Below are positions 9,552 to 18,724 of a stretch of 64,000 nt of DNA, one piece after another; positions within the stretch are counted from its first letter, which is position 1, and each line of letters opens with the position of its first letter. This DNA is from a virus. The position numbers and the translations under genes were made by a program. The DNA is taken from positions 32,445-96,444 of the IMG/VR virus record IMGVR_UViG_3300034198_017033; one strand, given 5' to 3'. The notes beneath the pieces are model-generated. The model did no database searches, was not told where the DNA came from, and worked only from the letters and a program-made list of their open reading frames with translations.

Positions 9552-10952
9552 TTATGATAAACCTAACGCAGCATTTTGAATTTCAATACACTCATCTAAA
9601 GAATTAGCCTCACTCTTATCATCTCTAAAGTGTTTAAACGCTGGATATAACAATGAATAAGCACCTGTGTTATCAAATGAAAGACCAGAACACTTAACCT
9701 CAATAATTGTACCTAACAAATTATCTTGGTTTTTAGTAATTTCTTTCATTAAGTCTTCTTTTAACCCTTGTGGTCTAGTTTTTAATTTACCACATGATGT
9801 TTCGGCGTTCAATGAACTAACAACGTTTTCGTTTTTAGTTCCTTTGGTTCCGTAGTTGAATCCAGTAATAACCAAATCTAACGTTAATTCCAATTTAAGC
9901 TTAATTTGCCATGTTGGTTTACCATCTTTCCACTCACCATCCCACGCTTTAAGGATTGTACCTTCTTCACCTAACGCTAACACTTCTTTGAAGTGATTCA
10001 TAGCTTGCTTATAGTTATGAACAATCATACTCTCAATCAAATTAACACATGTAGAACCAGCATCTTGAATCACTTTTTCTAGTGTTGCTAAACGCTCAAC
10101 ATATTTAAGTTTTGATGATTTGTTGAAGTATTCATCTACGGTTAATCGGTCCCATACTGTGTAACGGATTTTATCTAACGCTTCTTCCAACGAACCATGT
10201 TTGTCATTGAACGCTTTTAATTTCTTTTCGTTCTCTTTTTCAGTTCTAGAGTCTTTTTTACCTAAGATGTCGATAAGAGAAGCTATGATACCGTTAGACT
10301 CATATCTAGGTGTATCAACCATTGTTAACTCACCATTAAGTACACAGTCTTCAAACGATTCTAATTCTTCTAAAAATTTAGCACCAGTAAGTGTTGTTGG
10401 TTCACCTTGGCGTGATTCCATTTCAACTTCACCATTTCGGATAACGGCATTACAGTAACGGCCATCCATTTTAATTTGTGAAAAACCCTTAGCACCTTTT
10501 TCGAAGATTTTACGAGCTTTCTTCTCATCAAAAGAAACAGCACCCATATAAGGTGTGTCTTCAATAAGGTCTTTGAATACTTTGTTCATAAATGTGGTAC
10601 CCATACCAATTTTACAATCTTTCTCAATTATACGTTCTACGATATAAGCATCATCAGCTGTCATATGTGATAAAATATCTTTTAATAATAAAGTAGCATA
10701 AGAACCAGTAGTAACTCTTAATGATAAACCATCTAATCTACCTAATTGACCTATAAAATCAATACCTTCTGGATATTCTAAAATAGGTGTATATTCAGGG
10801 ATTCTTTTGATATAAAATTTAACTCTTTTAGAGTTAGCCATATAAAGAACTTTTTTCAATAGTTCGTTGTCTTGGTACTTTCTAAGAATTTCAATCTTAG
10901 CGTTGTTACCGCTTTCAGCAGCAATCTCATCAAAAATTTGTTTGATTGTCAT
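9552..10952 (-). CDS. ATP-dependent DNA ligase (T4 gp30-like)
   Basis: N-terminus MTIKQIFDEIAAESGNNAKIEILRKYQDNELLKKV parallels T4 ligase. Motif I is IKMDGRY (KxDGxR). EGTILKAWDG is motif IV-like. Confidence 0.8.
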   Translation of the reverse strand: MTIKQIFDEIAAESGNNAKIEILRKYQDNELLKKVLYMANSKRVKFYIKRIPEYTPILEYPEGIDFIGQLGRLDGLSLRVTTGSYATLLLKDILSHMTADDAYIVERIIEKDCKIGMGTTFMNKVFKDLIEDTPYMGAVSFDEKKARKIFEKGAKGFSQIKMDGRYCNAVIRNGEVEMESRQGEPTTLTGAKFLEELESFEDCVLNGELTMVDTPRYESNGIIASLIDILGKKDSRTEKENEKKLKAFNDKHGSLEEALDKIRYTVWDRLTVDEYFNKSSKLKYVERLATLEKVIQDAGSTCVNLIESMIVHNYKQAMNHFKEVLALGEEGTILKAWDGEWKDGKPTWQIKLKLELTLDLVITGFNYGTKGTKNENVVSSLNAETSCGKLKTRPQGLKEDLMKEITKNQDNLLGTIIEVKCSGLSFDNTGAYSLLYPAFKHFRDDKSEANSLDECIEIQNAALGLS

Positions 10953-10953
10953 A

Positions 10954-11265
10954 TTAATTATTTAGAATTATTGAGTCACCTACTTTTTTGTTAAGGTATA
11001 ACTCATGTGTTATTGTATAAACGTCTTCACCTTTTTTGGTTTTGATAACCATCTTGTCATCGGGTAATTTTTTGGTCACAAGACCATGTGTTGGTTGTGT
11101 TGGTTCTTTAGTGGCCATGTAGTATACACCAATAATCAACCCTATTAAAAGAATTGTCATTATTAGACACCCAATACCATTTTTTTTGTTGTTTGAGATT
11201 GAAGCGGCTTCAAACCCAACTTCAGCTACCCCCGCTATCAATTCACCAATTATTTCACCTGCCAT
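10954..11265 (-). CDS. small membrane protein
   Basis: Hydrophobic segments. Promoter motif at 11283-11297. Confidence 0.4.
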   Translation of the reverse strand: MAGEIIGELIAGVAEVGFEAASISNNKKNGIGCLIMTILLIGLIIGVYYMATKEPTQPTHGLVTKKLPDDKMVIKTKKGEDVYTITHELYLNKKVGDSIILNN

Positions 11266-11282
11266 AATGTTTTTGTTTTAGA

Positions 11283-11297
11283 TTGCAAATATACTAC
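11283..11297 (-). promoter_or_regulatory. -7 promoter element (ttgcaaatatactac)
   Basis: Consensus motif 21 nt upstream of the ATG at 11265. Confidence 0.5.
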
Positions 11298-11303
11298 TTA
11301 TTT

Positions 11304-11807
11304 TTAATCCTCCAAACTTTTTCCCAATAATTTTTCTAAGTGTTCCCACATTGGTTTGGCAGCGATTGGTGTGTTTAAGTACAAAGCACCTTTGAACTCC
11401 GCGTATTCCTTGGCATACATGTCAATTTTACCACCATGTTCAATGTTTGCGATTCTATCAGCCAACTTAAGAATAATTGCATCTGGATTGCTAGCAGTTT
11501 TAGGTAAAGTTTTCTCTTTTTTCTCTTTTCTGTTTCTCCCAAGCTCATCAGTAACACAGAAAACCATTTCAGCAACTTCAATACCGAAGTGTTTCTTTAT
11601 GTCGTTGTAGCTTATACCATCGTCCTCGATTGCATCATGCAACCAAGATGCCACGATGTATTTCCCAGAGTATCCAAATCTTTTGATTACATCCACAACG
11701 TCTTGTAAGTGTTTGTGGTATGGGAATATTTCATCATAGGATTGGTTGCTATGCGCTTTTATAGCAACCAATTTTGCTTCTTCGTAAGTTTTGTCTGTAT
11801 AAGTCAT
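11304..11807 (-). CDS. HD-domain (p)ppGpp hydrolase (SpoT/Mesh1-like small alarmone hydrolase)
   Basis: ASWLHDAIEDDG resembles the RelA/SpoT HD motif LHDVIEDT. ILKLADRIANIE resembles LADRLHNM. Confidence 0.6.
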   Translation of the reverse strand: MTYTDKTYEEAKLVAIKAHSNQSYDEIFPYHKHLQDVVDVIKRFGYSGKYIVASWLHDAIEDDGISYNDIKKHFGIEVAEMVFCVTDELGRNRKEKKEKTLPKTASNPDAIILKLADRIANIEHGGKIDMYAKEYAEFKGALYLNTPIAAKPMWEHLEKLLGKSLED

Positions 11808-11979
11808 TATCTTGCAATTAAAAGGTATTTACGTTTGTTTTCTTTTTGTTTTGGTAATTCAATTTCGGAACAAGGATTTTTAGATACCCTATCAAAATCA
11901 ATCAAAGTCTCAATATCATAATGAGGAATATAATGGTAAATCGACTTTATACCTTCATAGTTATTTTCTTTTTCCATTT

Positions 11980-12321
11980 TTATCGTATTAAAAGGTATTT
12001 ATTTTTGTTTTTTGGTACTTCTTTTTTTACATCTCCAGTGGTGTCACGTTCAGAACCGTATCGTTCAAACTTATGTGGCACGTATTTACCGTTACATAGT
12101 CTCCATTCTTTTTCAGATATTGAAAGCAATGGTTTATCATCTAACGATTTAATATCCCTACAATATGCTCGTAAAATACCTTCTGAGTCTCTATAACAAT
12201 CAACACCCCATTGACCGCCATCTCTGTAATATTTATATTTTCCACCATCGTAGATTAAACGTAACGCACAATTACCATCAACAGTTACGAATTGTGGATA
12301 TAAAGGTGTTATTTTTGCCAT
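11980..12321 (-). CDS. hypothetical protein
   Basis: 113-aa ORF. Confidence 0.4.
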   Translation of the reverse strand: MAKITPLYPQFVTVDGNCALRLIYDGGKYKYYRDGGQWGVDCYRDSEGILRAYCRDIKSLDDKPLLSISEKEWRLCNGKYVPHKFERYGSERDTTGDVKKEVPKNKNKYLLIR

Positions 12322-12331
12322 TATAAACTAA

Positions 12332-12973
12332 TTAAATGTTATCTTTATTTGTTTTTAATATAAACCTACCTTTATCGTTTCTAACGCTTTTAAGGCAGTT
12401 TCTATAATCTTGTTTTACTGTTTTTAAATCTTTATTTCTTCTATCACCATTTACTATTTTAGATATTGTTTGATGTGCAACACCGTACATTTCCCCAATT
12501 TGTACTTGAGTGTAGTTTTTGGTTTTATATAATTCTCTAATTTCTTCTACCTCTGAATCTTTTAGTTTAAAGGAAGGGTTTTTTTCACCATATTGGTCTA
12601 TCACGTTACCGAGAACTTCTCTAGAATGCTTGGATTGTTCTTTATATGTTGCTAGTTCTAAATTTGATAATTTGTTATTAGTTTTATCACCATCTTTATG
12701 GTTTATTGTTAAACCATCGTTTATATCACCGTTAAAATATTGCCAAACTAATCTATGTGCAAAACTACTATATCTTTTTCCATTAACAGAACCTCTTATA
12801 CTTAAATAACCTTCCTTGGTCTTTCTCTCAATTCTGTATGGTTCTACTTCATAAAACCCAGCACCAACCCTTTTAATTTTAGACCATATTTCACCACTAT
12901 CATTAATAGTCCATTCACCAGAATTAACGTATTCTATTAATAAACGTTCATTTAGTTTATGATTTTTTGCCAT
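12332..12973 (-). CDS. HNH homing endonuclease with a C-terminal HTH
   Basis: HRLVWQ...NHKDGDKTNNKLSNLE is the HNH_3 pattern. The C-terminal stretch QIGEMYGVAHQTISKIV resembles a helix-turn-helix. Confidence 0.65.
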   Translation of the reverse strand: MAKNHKLNERLLIEYVNSGEWTINDSGEIWSKIKRVGAGFYEVEPYRIERKTKEGYLSIRGSVNGKRYSSFAHRLVWQYFNGDINDGLTINHKDGDKTNNKLSNLELATYKEQSKHSREVLGNVIDQYGEKNPSFKLKDSEVEEIRELYKTKNYTQVQIGEMYGVAHQTISKIVNGDRRNKDLKTVKQDYRNCLKSVRNDKGRFILKTNKDNI

Positions 12974-13011
12974 TTTTTTATTTTTAAAGGTTAAGCTCTA
13001 ACCCCAAAGAG

Positions 13012-14136
13012 TTAGAGCATTTTGTATAATAATTTGTCATCGTAGTTTACAATGAAGTCTTCTACGGAACCAACTTTACCATCAACCAATCCGAAATACA
13101 ATCCAGTGAATTGTTTTAAGTCGTGTTTACCACAAACTTCAAATACAGCCGCAGCGTATCTTTTCTTTTCTTCTTTGGTTATGTTTTTTGGTTTACGAGC
13201 ACTTAACTCAACCCAAACATCATTTAACTTGTCAGTTAATTTATCGTAGTTATCTTTAAGTCTAAGCAATTCATCTTTTCTTTCTGGGAAAGTTGAAGCG
13301 AATTCTTCTATCTCGTTAGATTTAACGATAGTTATGATGTTGTGTTCAGCTGTTTTACCTTTCAAGTGGTGAACCGCAACGTAAGCTGGGTTTTTTATCT
13401 TGATACGGTTAAAATTAGCGTCTACAACAACGTAACCTTCTTCTGACCATGGCATACCTTCAAATGTACGTAACAAAGTACCCACATCTTTAGCATTCAA
13501 GTCAAATCTTTTAACCAATGGTACTCTTAACGATTCTGCAATCATAGTTAAGTTTTTCCAAGAAACCTCTTGTAATGTAACACGGTTTCTAACAGTCAAC
13601 AAAGTTGCTGATGATTCTCCGTGTGGTTTTACAACAATATTATATGGAGTTGTTAACTCAAACACATATACATGGTTTTTGTCGAACATACATGTATTCA
13701 ACGCATATTGTTTTGTTACAGTGTCCCAAAACAATGAGTTAAAAGTAGTTCCCATTTTGTTGTTAACTTCACCCTCACCCTCAGCTGTACCAGTAGTACC
13801 AGCATACCATTCTTCGTTTACCCAGTCCCAATACACTTGTATAAGAGTACCGTCAAGTTTCTCTAAAACGTGAGCTGTGTTCCAATCTATTTTAGCAGCG
13901 TTTCCTTCTTCAGCATTGAAGAATTTTGTGAAAGCCAACGACATAACATCCCATGTACCTTTTTCAAGGATAAGACCTCTACATTCTTGAACTTCTATGT
14001 TCGACATAATAGTTGGTGACACTAATTGGTCATATTTCAATAACACTTTGTGTTCGTATTCACGAGTTTTTAATTGAAACTCTTTAACAGCTTTTTCAAA
14101 ACCGTTTTCTTTTATAAATTTTTGTATTTTTAACAT
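13012..14136 (-). CDS. RNA ligase 1 (T4 RnlA-like)
   Basis: ECRGLILE matches T4 Rnl1 ECRGIMFE. Nucleotidyl-transferase motif I is EKLDGTLIQVY. EGYVVVDANFNRIKIK matches Rnl1 EGYVAVMKDGSHFKIK. Confidence 0.75.
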   Translation of the reverse strand: MLKIQKFIKENGFEKAVKEFQLKTREYEHKVLLKYDQLVSPTIMSNIEVQECRGLILEKGTWDVMSLAFTKFFNAEEGNAAKIDWNTAHVLEKLDGTLIQVYWDWVNEEWYAGTTGTAEGEGEVNNKMGTTFNSLFWDTVTKQYALNTCMFDKNHVYVFELTTPYNIVVKPHGESSATLLTVRNRVTLQEVSWKNLTMIAESLRVPLVKRFDLNAKDVGTLLRTFEGMPWSEEGYVVVDANFNRIKIKNPAYVAVHHLKGKTAEHNIITIVKSNEIEEFASTFPERKDELLRLKDNYDKLTDKLNDVWVELSARKPKNITKEEKKRYAAAVFEVCGKHDLKQFTGLYFGLVDGKVGSVEDFIVNYDDKLLYKML

Positions 14137-14149
14137 AACATGTATTTTT

Positions 14150-14165
14150 TGTGCAAATATATGTG
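14150..14165 (-). promoter_or_regulatory. -7 promoter element (tgtgcaaatatatgtg) for the Rnl1 gene
   Basis: Consensus motif upstream of the ATG at 14136. Confidence 0.5.
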
Positions 14166-14196
14166 TTTATTTTAATGCACAAAATATTTGCGTTAA

Positions 14197-14583
14197 TTAA
14201 TCATTATCATCGTCATCATCTTGGTCAAAATTGATTTCATCCTCATCATCCAATTTACCTCTCTTAGCATCATCAATTAAACCATCAATCCCATCTAAGA
14301 TGTTTTCATAAGTGTCAGCTTCAGCTTTTCTTCTGATAGCCATAATTTCAGGGTCATTGTTTTCTTCTAAAGATTCAACCAATTTTTTTGCTGAATACAT
14401 AGAAACCAATTCACCAAATTTTGTGACATCTTCATCATCAAAACAAATCCCACCTAAAAAGATTATCATACTACCCAACTGAGCGATAATTAAATCATTG
14501 GATTCTCTACCCTCTTCAACTAGAGCTTTACCCATCTGTACAAATTTTGACGTTAGTTGAAGACGTCTTTCAGCATTTTTCAT
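14197..14583 (-). CDS. hypothetical protein with a strongly acidic C-terminal tail
   Basis: Start MKNAERRL sits just downstream of the promoter motif at 14593-14608. The tail is DDEDEINFDQDDDDDND. Confidence 0.5.
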   Translation of the reverse strand: MKNAERRLQLTSKFVQMGKALVEEGRESNDLIIAQLGSMIIFLGGICFDDEDVTKFGELVSMYSAKKLVESLEENNDPEIMAIRRKAEADTYENILDGIDGLIDDAKRGKLDDEDEINFDQDDDDDND

Positions 14584-14592
14584 ATTTATAAG

Positions 14593-14608
14593 TTTTTGCA
14601 AATATACT
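14593..14608 (-). promoter_or_regulatory. -7 promoter element (ttgcaaatatactaat)
   Basis: Consensus motif 15 nt upstream of the ATG at 14583. Confidence 0.55.
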
Positions 14609-14629
14609 AATTAATTTCTATTGTTACAA

Positions 14630-15268
14630 CTATTTTGTATAATAATGATGTGGTAATTGAACACCAACCCCATATTTTTTACCAATAGCTTCCAAACCAA
14701 TTATAAAGTCATTGTCAAAATCCCACAAAAATTCATCGTAATCTATATCAAAATAAACAACATAAGAAGTTTTACCAGTAAAACCATACTGTTTATAAAG
14801 ATGGTCAACGTTAAAAGTCATCCCCAACAGCTTATTATTAGCAGCATACTCTTTAACTTCGTTAGTTAAACTATCCAAATCAACATCCAATTGATAATCA
14901 ACACCCAAATCCGTAAGTGATTCAGACACCATTTGATTGTATCTACCGAAGCTTCCGTTAATTAGAACTTCCATAGCCACCCATTTAACTACATGTGGTT
15001 CGTTATGGTTTATTTCACCAGAATACTTAGCCAAATAAGTGTAACCCATGTTACCATTTTTATGGATAGCAAAAACTAATTGTAAATTAAAAATATCCAA
15101 ACCAGTTTCTTCTTTACATTCTCTTATTGCCGTTGTTGTAGGGTCATTGTCGTCTTCTGGGTCCATCTTACCTCCAGGTAATCCGAAATCAGAATGGTTG
15201 TCTTTTCTAGACACTCCAAGAATTAAACCTTCTTCGTTAATTAATACTACTTGCGCTGTTATCATAAT
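14630..15268 (-). CDS. NUDIX hydrolase
   Basis: Nudix box GGKMDPEDDNDPTTTAIRECKEETGL. Start MITAQVV sits just downstream of the promoter motif at 15277-15290. Confidence 0.7.
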   Translation of the reverse strand: MMITAQVVLINEEGLILGVSRKDNHSDFGLPGGKMDPEDDNDPTTTAIRECKEETGLDIFNLQLVFAIHKNGNMGYTYLAKYSGEINHNEPHVVKWVAMEVLINGSFGRYNQMVSESLTDLGVDYQLDVDLDSLTNEVKEYAANNKLLGMTFNVDHLYKQYGFTGKTSYVVYFDIDYDEFLWDFDNDFIIGLEAIGKKYGVGVQLPHHYYTK

Positions 15269-15312
15269 ATATTTTTTACAAAGATACAACATATTTTTAT
15301 TATATGCAAATA

Positions 15313-15337
15313 AAAAAGGGTCTTTACGACCCTTTCT
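15313..15337 (-). terminator. hairpin terminator (gggtc tttac gaccc) overlapping the stop of 15324-16262
   Basis: Stem-loop flanked by A and T runs. Confidence 0.45.
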
Positions 15338-16262
15338 TAATTTCAGTAACTCTACCCTTAATGGCAAAGTTCTTTATTTTTTGCCATTTGGTGATATCAT
15401 TCGACATCACTGGTTTTCCACCATCTGGGTTTATCGCAATTGTTATATGTGGAATCGCATTGGTTGATGGATAACCTTCAACCCTAACAGCCATAGCCAT
15501 ATCGCTAATCCCTATAGCTTCAACATACAAAGTAACTTCTTTACCTAAATCTTCTTGGTTTGGTACTGGTTTACCAAACACTATAGTCATGTGGTGCGCA
15601 ATTACTTTCCAACCATCAGGTATCATACCCTCAATTCTTGACAACAAAGCTGCTCTAGACCCACCATCCAATACAACAGCAGAATACAAAATGTTTGATT
15701 CTTTGTACATGTCTTTCGATTCTAAAACGCTTTTAAGCGTTAATGGACCTTGACCCTTGTGTGATTCAATCATTGATTGTATTTTTTCAAGCGGTACACC
15801 ATGAGTGTTTCTTTCAGCTAATTGCTCAGCTGTAAGACCAGCTGTACCTATATCCACAAACTTTATGTTGTTGTCAGCCAACCCCATTTCCAAAGCAGCC
15901 TTAATAGCGGCCTTTGATTCGTTTTGTTTGATGTTTGTGTTATCTAGGATAACTGGTGAAACACCTTCTTTTAACGAACCAACAACGTTTTTTAAATTGG
16001 TAGAGTGAGCTCTTGACAATGGTGTAAAGTCTTTAGATTCAAACATTAATTGAAAGAATTTGTTGTAATCACCTTGTGACTCTATAACAGCATCAGTTGA
16101 ATGGATTACTCCTTCACCTACTAGTTCTTTGGCTTTTGTTGATTTACCCGAGCCTGGTATACCACGCATCACGATAAGCACTTGGTCTGGTCTTGAAACC
16201 GCAACCCCTAATGAATTCTTTAACATACCTTCTCTTAATATTGTTCTTATTTCTTTTTTCAT
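15324..16262 (-). CDS. polynucleotide 5'-kinase fused to a 2H (LigT/CPDase-like) phosphoesterase domain
   Basis: P-loop VMRGIPGSGKST as in the T4 Pnk kinase domain. The C-terminal half carries two H-x-T-x motifs (HMTIVF and HITIAI) typical of the 2H superfamily. N-terminal motif MKKEIRTILREG. Confidence 0.7.
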   Translation of the reverse strand: MKKEIRTILREGMLKNSLGVAVSRPDQVLIVMRGIPGSGKSTKAKELVGEGVIHSTDAVIESQGDYNKFFQLMFESKDFTPLSRAHSTNLKNVVGSLKEGVSPVILDNTNIKQNESKAAIKAALEMGLADNNIKFVDIGTAGLTAEQLAERNTHGVPLEKIQSMIESHKGQGPLTLKSVLESKDMYKESNILYSAVVLDGGSRAALLSRIEGMIPDGWKVIAHHMTIVFGKPVPNQEDLGKEVTLYVEAIGISDMAMAVRVEGYPSTNAIPHITIAINPDGGKPVMSNDITKWQKIKNFAIKGRVTEIKKGS

Positions 16263-16263
16263 G

Positions 16264-16278
16264 ATGCAAATATACTAC
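16264..16278 (-). promoter_or_regulatory. -7 promoter element directly abutting the ATG (leaderless arrangement)
   Basis: gatgcaaatatacta. Only about 5 nt separate the -7 box from the start codon at 16262. Confidence 0.45.
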
Positions 16279-16300
16279 TTATTTTTTAACTATACAAAAA

Positions 16301-16978
16301 TTATTTATAATAGTCTTGCCAAACATCATTATTTAATCCGTAATCAATCATAACAATCGTGTCTTCACCATTTCTTTTTACAAGACCATATGTGTTAAGT
16401 TTACACAAATCACCAACTGGAATATCATAACCACCAATAAAACTTAACATTTCATAAGTAAATTCATCTTCCCACATAGCTTCATAAACTTCTTTGCTTA
16501 CATCAGAACTAAACCATGAACCTCTTTTTGGGTTTATTTCATCATGATGTTTTCTAAGGCCAGCACAATAATCAGCAAATGTAAAACCAACAACTCTTTC
16601 AAATATTGCTGGCGTTACTTTTTTAGCCAACTCCATTTCAACCCATAAATTATTTTGGTCATAAGCAAATACTTGTGCTGTGATGTCTTTTAAATCATAG
16701 TAATTTGAATAATCAATTTCAATTTCGTTTTGTGCAAGACCCTTTTTATTTCTCGCAATCTTAAGCACTTTAGTATCGTCAACCATATAGACAATCCTAG
16801 ATGAGCCAGATGATATTCTTTTAAGTCTTTCTTGACAGTATTGGATTCTTTTGTTAAAACTATTTAATTTTGAAAATTCTTCTAAATCAAAATTGGATGG
16901 GTAATCCTCTTCTAAATAAGATTCGATTACCTCATGTACTAAATTCTCTGATAATTTTTGTTTAATAAAATCTTTCAT
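16301..16978 (-). CDS. hypothetical protein with the shared N-terminal motif
   Basis: 225-aa ORF beginning MKDFIKQKLSENL. Confidence 0.5.
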   Translation of the reverse strand: MKDFIKQKLSENLVHEVIESYLEEDYPSNFDLEEFSKLNSFNKRIQYCQERLKRISSGSSRIVYMVDDTKVLKIARNKKGLAQNEIEIDYSNYYDLKDITAQVFAYDQNNLWVEMELAKKVTPAIFERVVGFTFADYCAGLRKHHDEINPKRGSWFSSDVSKEVYEAMWEDEFTYEMLSFIGGYDIPVGDLCKLNTYGLVKRNGEDTIVMIDYGLNNDVWQDYYK

Positions 16979-16980
16979 AT

Positions 16981-17775
16981 TTACACTTGTTTTCTATATT
17001 GAACGTAATTTCTTAAAACCCATACAACTACATTGTCAAAATCATCGTTCTCATATAAGATACGACCACTCTTTGTGCTATAAACCGCCCAATCAGCATT
17101 CTCACCTCTTATTATTGGTATTATGTTTCTAGCTGTATTACCATAAAAAATAACTTGTGGTTCCTCATCACTATAATGCCATAATTCTATACCAGATGCT
17201 CTAAATATAACAGCTTCTTTACCATATTTAAAACCAGAACCACGATTGCTATGTGCATATCTATCATATCTCTCAATATCATAAGCAAAATTATAACCAC
17301 CATATTTTTTTTCGAACTCTCCCAAATGTGTTGTTAACGCCAATTTATCAATTTCATCAACACCATATTTAAAACCTTGTCTTGCAATACTCTCAGCATT
17401 ATCAGTGAAATGAATTAACCATTGATTCTTAACAAGTCTTGGGTTATCAAAATAGGCCCATGCTGGATAATCAGAGTCTGGAACGTTTAGTGTGTTTTGT
17501 TCAATTTCTCTAAATAACCATTCAGCAAATCTATTGTATAATTCTGGGTTTTTATCAAATAGAATATCTGATATTTCATATGTTTCACCCTCAATATCTG
17601 TTTCTATACCTTCTTCATCTAAGAACCTATCAAATTCATATGGATATTCATGTGGTAAATAAGACTTCTTTTGTTCATCTGACATAGAAAAATATCTCTT
17701 AAGAGATACCATGTCTTGATTGATATACTCTTTTAAAATATTTTCTCTAAGCAAATTTTTAATATATTTTTTCAT
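16981..17775 (-). CDS. hypothetical protein with the shared N-terminal motif
   Basis: Start taken at MKKYIKNLLREN (ATG at 17775). The longer ORF-track version would overlap tRNA-Ser. Confidence 0.5.
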   Translation of the reverse strand: MKKYIKNLLRENILKEYINQDMVSLKRYFSMSDEQKKSYLPHEYPYEFDRFLDEEGIETDIEGETYEISDILFDKNPELYNRFAEWLFREIEQNTLNVPDSDYPAWAYFDNPRLVKNQWLIHFTDNAESIARQGFKYGVDEIDKLALTTHLGEFEKKYGGYNFAYDIERYDRYAHSNRGSGFKYGKEAVIFRASGIELWHYSDEEPQVIFYGNTARNIIPIIRGENADWAVYSTKSGRILYENDDFDNVVVWVLRNYVQYRKQV

Positions 17776-17819
17776 TATCAATATTTTTAAATAAATATCT
17801 AGAAATAATGAATAAGACG

Positions 17820-17906
17820 TGGTGGAGAGTATGGGATTCGAACCCATGGGCCGAACTAACGACCACGGATTAGCAATCCGCTCCATTACCACTCTGGCAA
17901 CTCTCC
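17820..17906 (-). tRNA. tRNA-Ser (anticodon GCT), class II, CCA encoded
   Basis: Acceptor GGAGAGT/ACTCTCC. Anticodon loop TTGCTAA. T-arm GGTTCGAATCC. Long variable arm. Confidence 0.8.
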
Positions 17907-18110
17907 ATAAATAAAATAACAATCCCGCCCTTGGGTCGTGACGGGCTACAAAGGGATTAGTGGAATTCCGTGTGTAAGTCACCACTGTACCAGTCCGTAT
18001 CTACCTTGAATTTAATCAGTCACTGTTGGGAGGCTACCCCTATCAACACACCTAGTTTCTTTTCAGGAATATCTTGAAGGTGAAACAAACCTTGATTGCT
18101 ATTTTATTTG

Positions 18111-18183
18111 TACCCCCACAGGGATTCGAACCCCGATTGGACATCTTAGAAGGATGTTGCATTTCCATTTATGCTATGGAGGC
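18111..18183 (-). tRNA. tRNA-Arg (anticodon TCT)
   Basis: Acceptor GCCTCCA/TGGGGGT. Anticodon stem ACATC/GATGT with loop CTTCTAA. T-loop TTCGAAT. Confidence 0.7.
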
Positions 18184-18232
18184 ATATTGTTAGCCAAATG
18201 ATACATATAAATTATAGATTTGACTGATGTTG

Positions 18233-18305
18233 TGACTCTAACAGGATTCGAACCTGTATTTTCGATTTCGTAGACCGAGGTCCTATCCAGTTGAACGATA
18301 GAGCC
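18233..18305 (-). tRNA. tRNA-Arg (anticodon ACG)
   Basis: Acceptor GGCTCTA/TAGAGTC. Anticodon stem TCGGT/ATCGA with loop CTACGAA. T-arm ACAGG-TTCGAAT-CCTGT. Confidence 0.75.
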
Positions 18306-18310
18306 AATTT

Positions 18311-18383
18311 TGGTACCGAGTATCGGAGTCGAACCGACTTGACCATCTTTATGAGGGATGGCTCTTTTCCTATAAGCCTCGGC
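18311..18383 (-). tRNA. tRNA, probably anticodon CAT (Met/Ile2 type), CCA encoded; the fold is imperfect
   Basis: T-arm GTCGG-TTCGACT-CCGAT. The anticodon region CATCC-CTCATAA-AGATG has a C-A mismatch at the loop-closing pair. Confidence 0.5.
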
Positions 18384-18650
18384 ATTTGTGAATGTGGTAG
18401 GGTATTCTCCTACAATTGTGGTGGTTAACTAGTCCCATGCTCCACGCCAGTTTTTCGTCTGGTGCTGTTGTAGTTTATCAGCATTAACACATTCTTATTT
18501 TTTTGTTCTTTTCAATTTGTGCTTTGATTCTAGCAATCTTTTCTGGACTTGGATTTCGGTCTACCGTATAAGATACACCCATTTTATCCAAGTAATCATA
18601 AAGACGCTGCATATCAGCTTCACTTGTCTTTTCCATCTTCTTTTATTTTG

Positions 18651-18724
18651 CGGGGCCGATGGGATTCGAACCCATGTAAAAGGATTAACAGTCCTCCGTA
18701 TTAGACCGCTGCTACGACAGCCCC
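18651..18724 (-). tRNA. tRNA-Asn (anticodon GTT)
   Basis: Acceptor GGGGCTG/CGGCCCC. Discriminator G. Anticodon stem-loop GAGGA-CTGTTAA-TCCTT. Confidence 0.75.

Noticed and set aside
18483-18650. About 50-aa minus-strand ORF (MEKTSEADMQRLYDYLDKMGVSYTVDRNPSPEKIARIKAQIEKNKK...) between tRNAs
   Set aside because: Below the ORF-track length cut-off, with no promoter motif and no recognisable domain. Possibly real but unsupported, so left out of the feature list.
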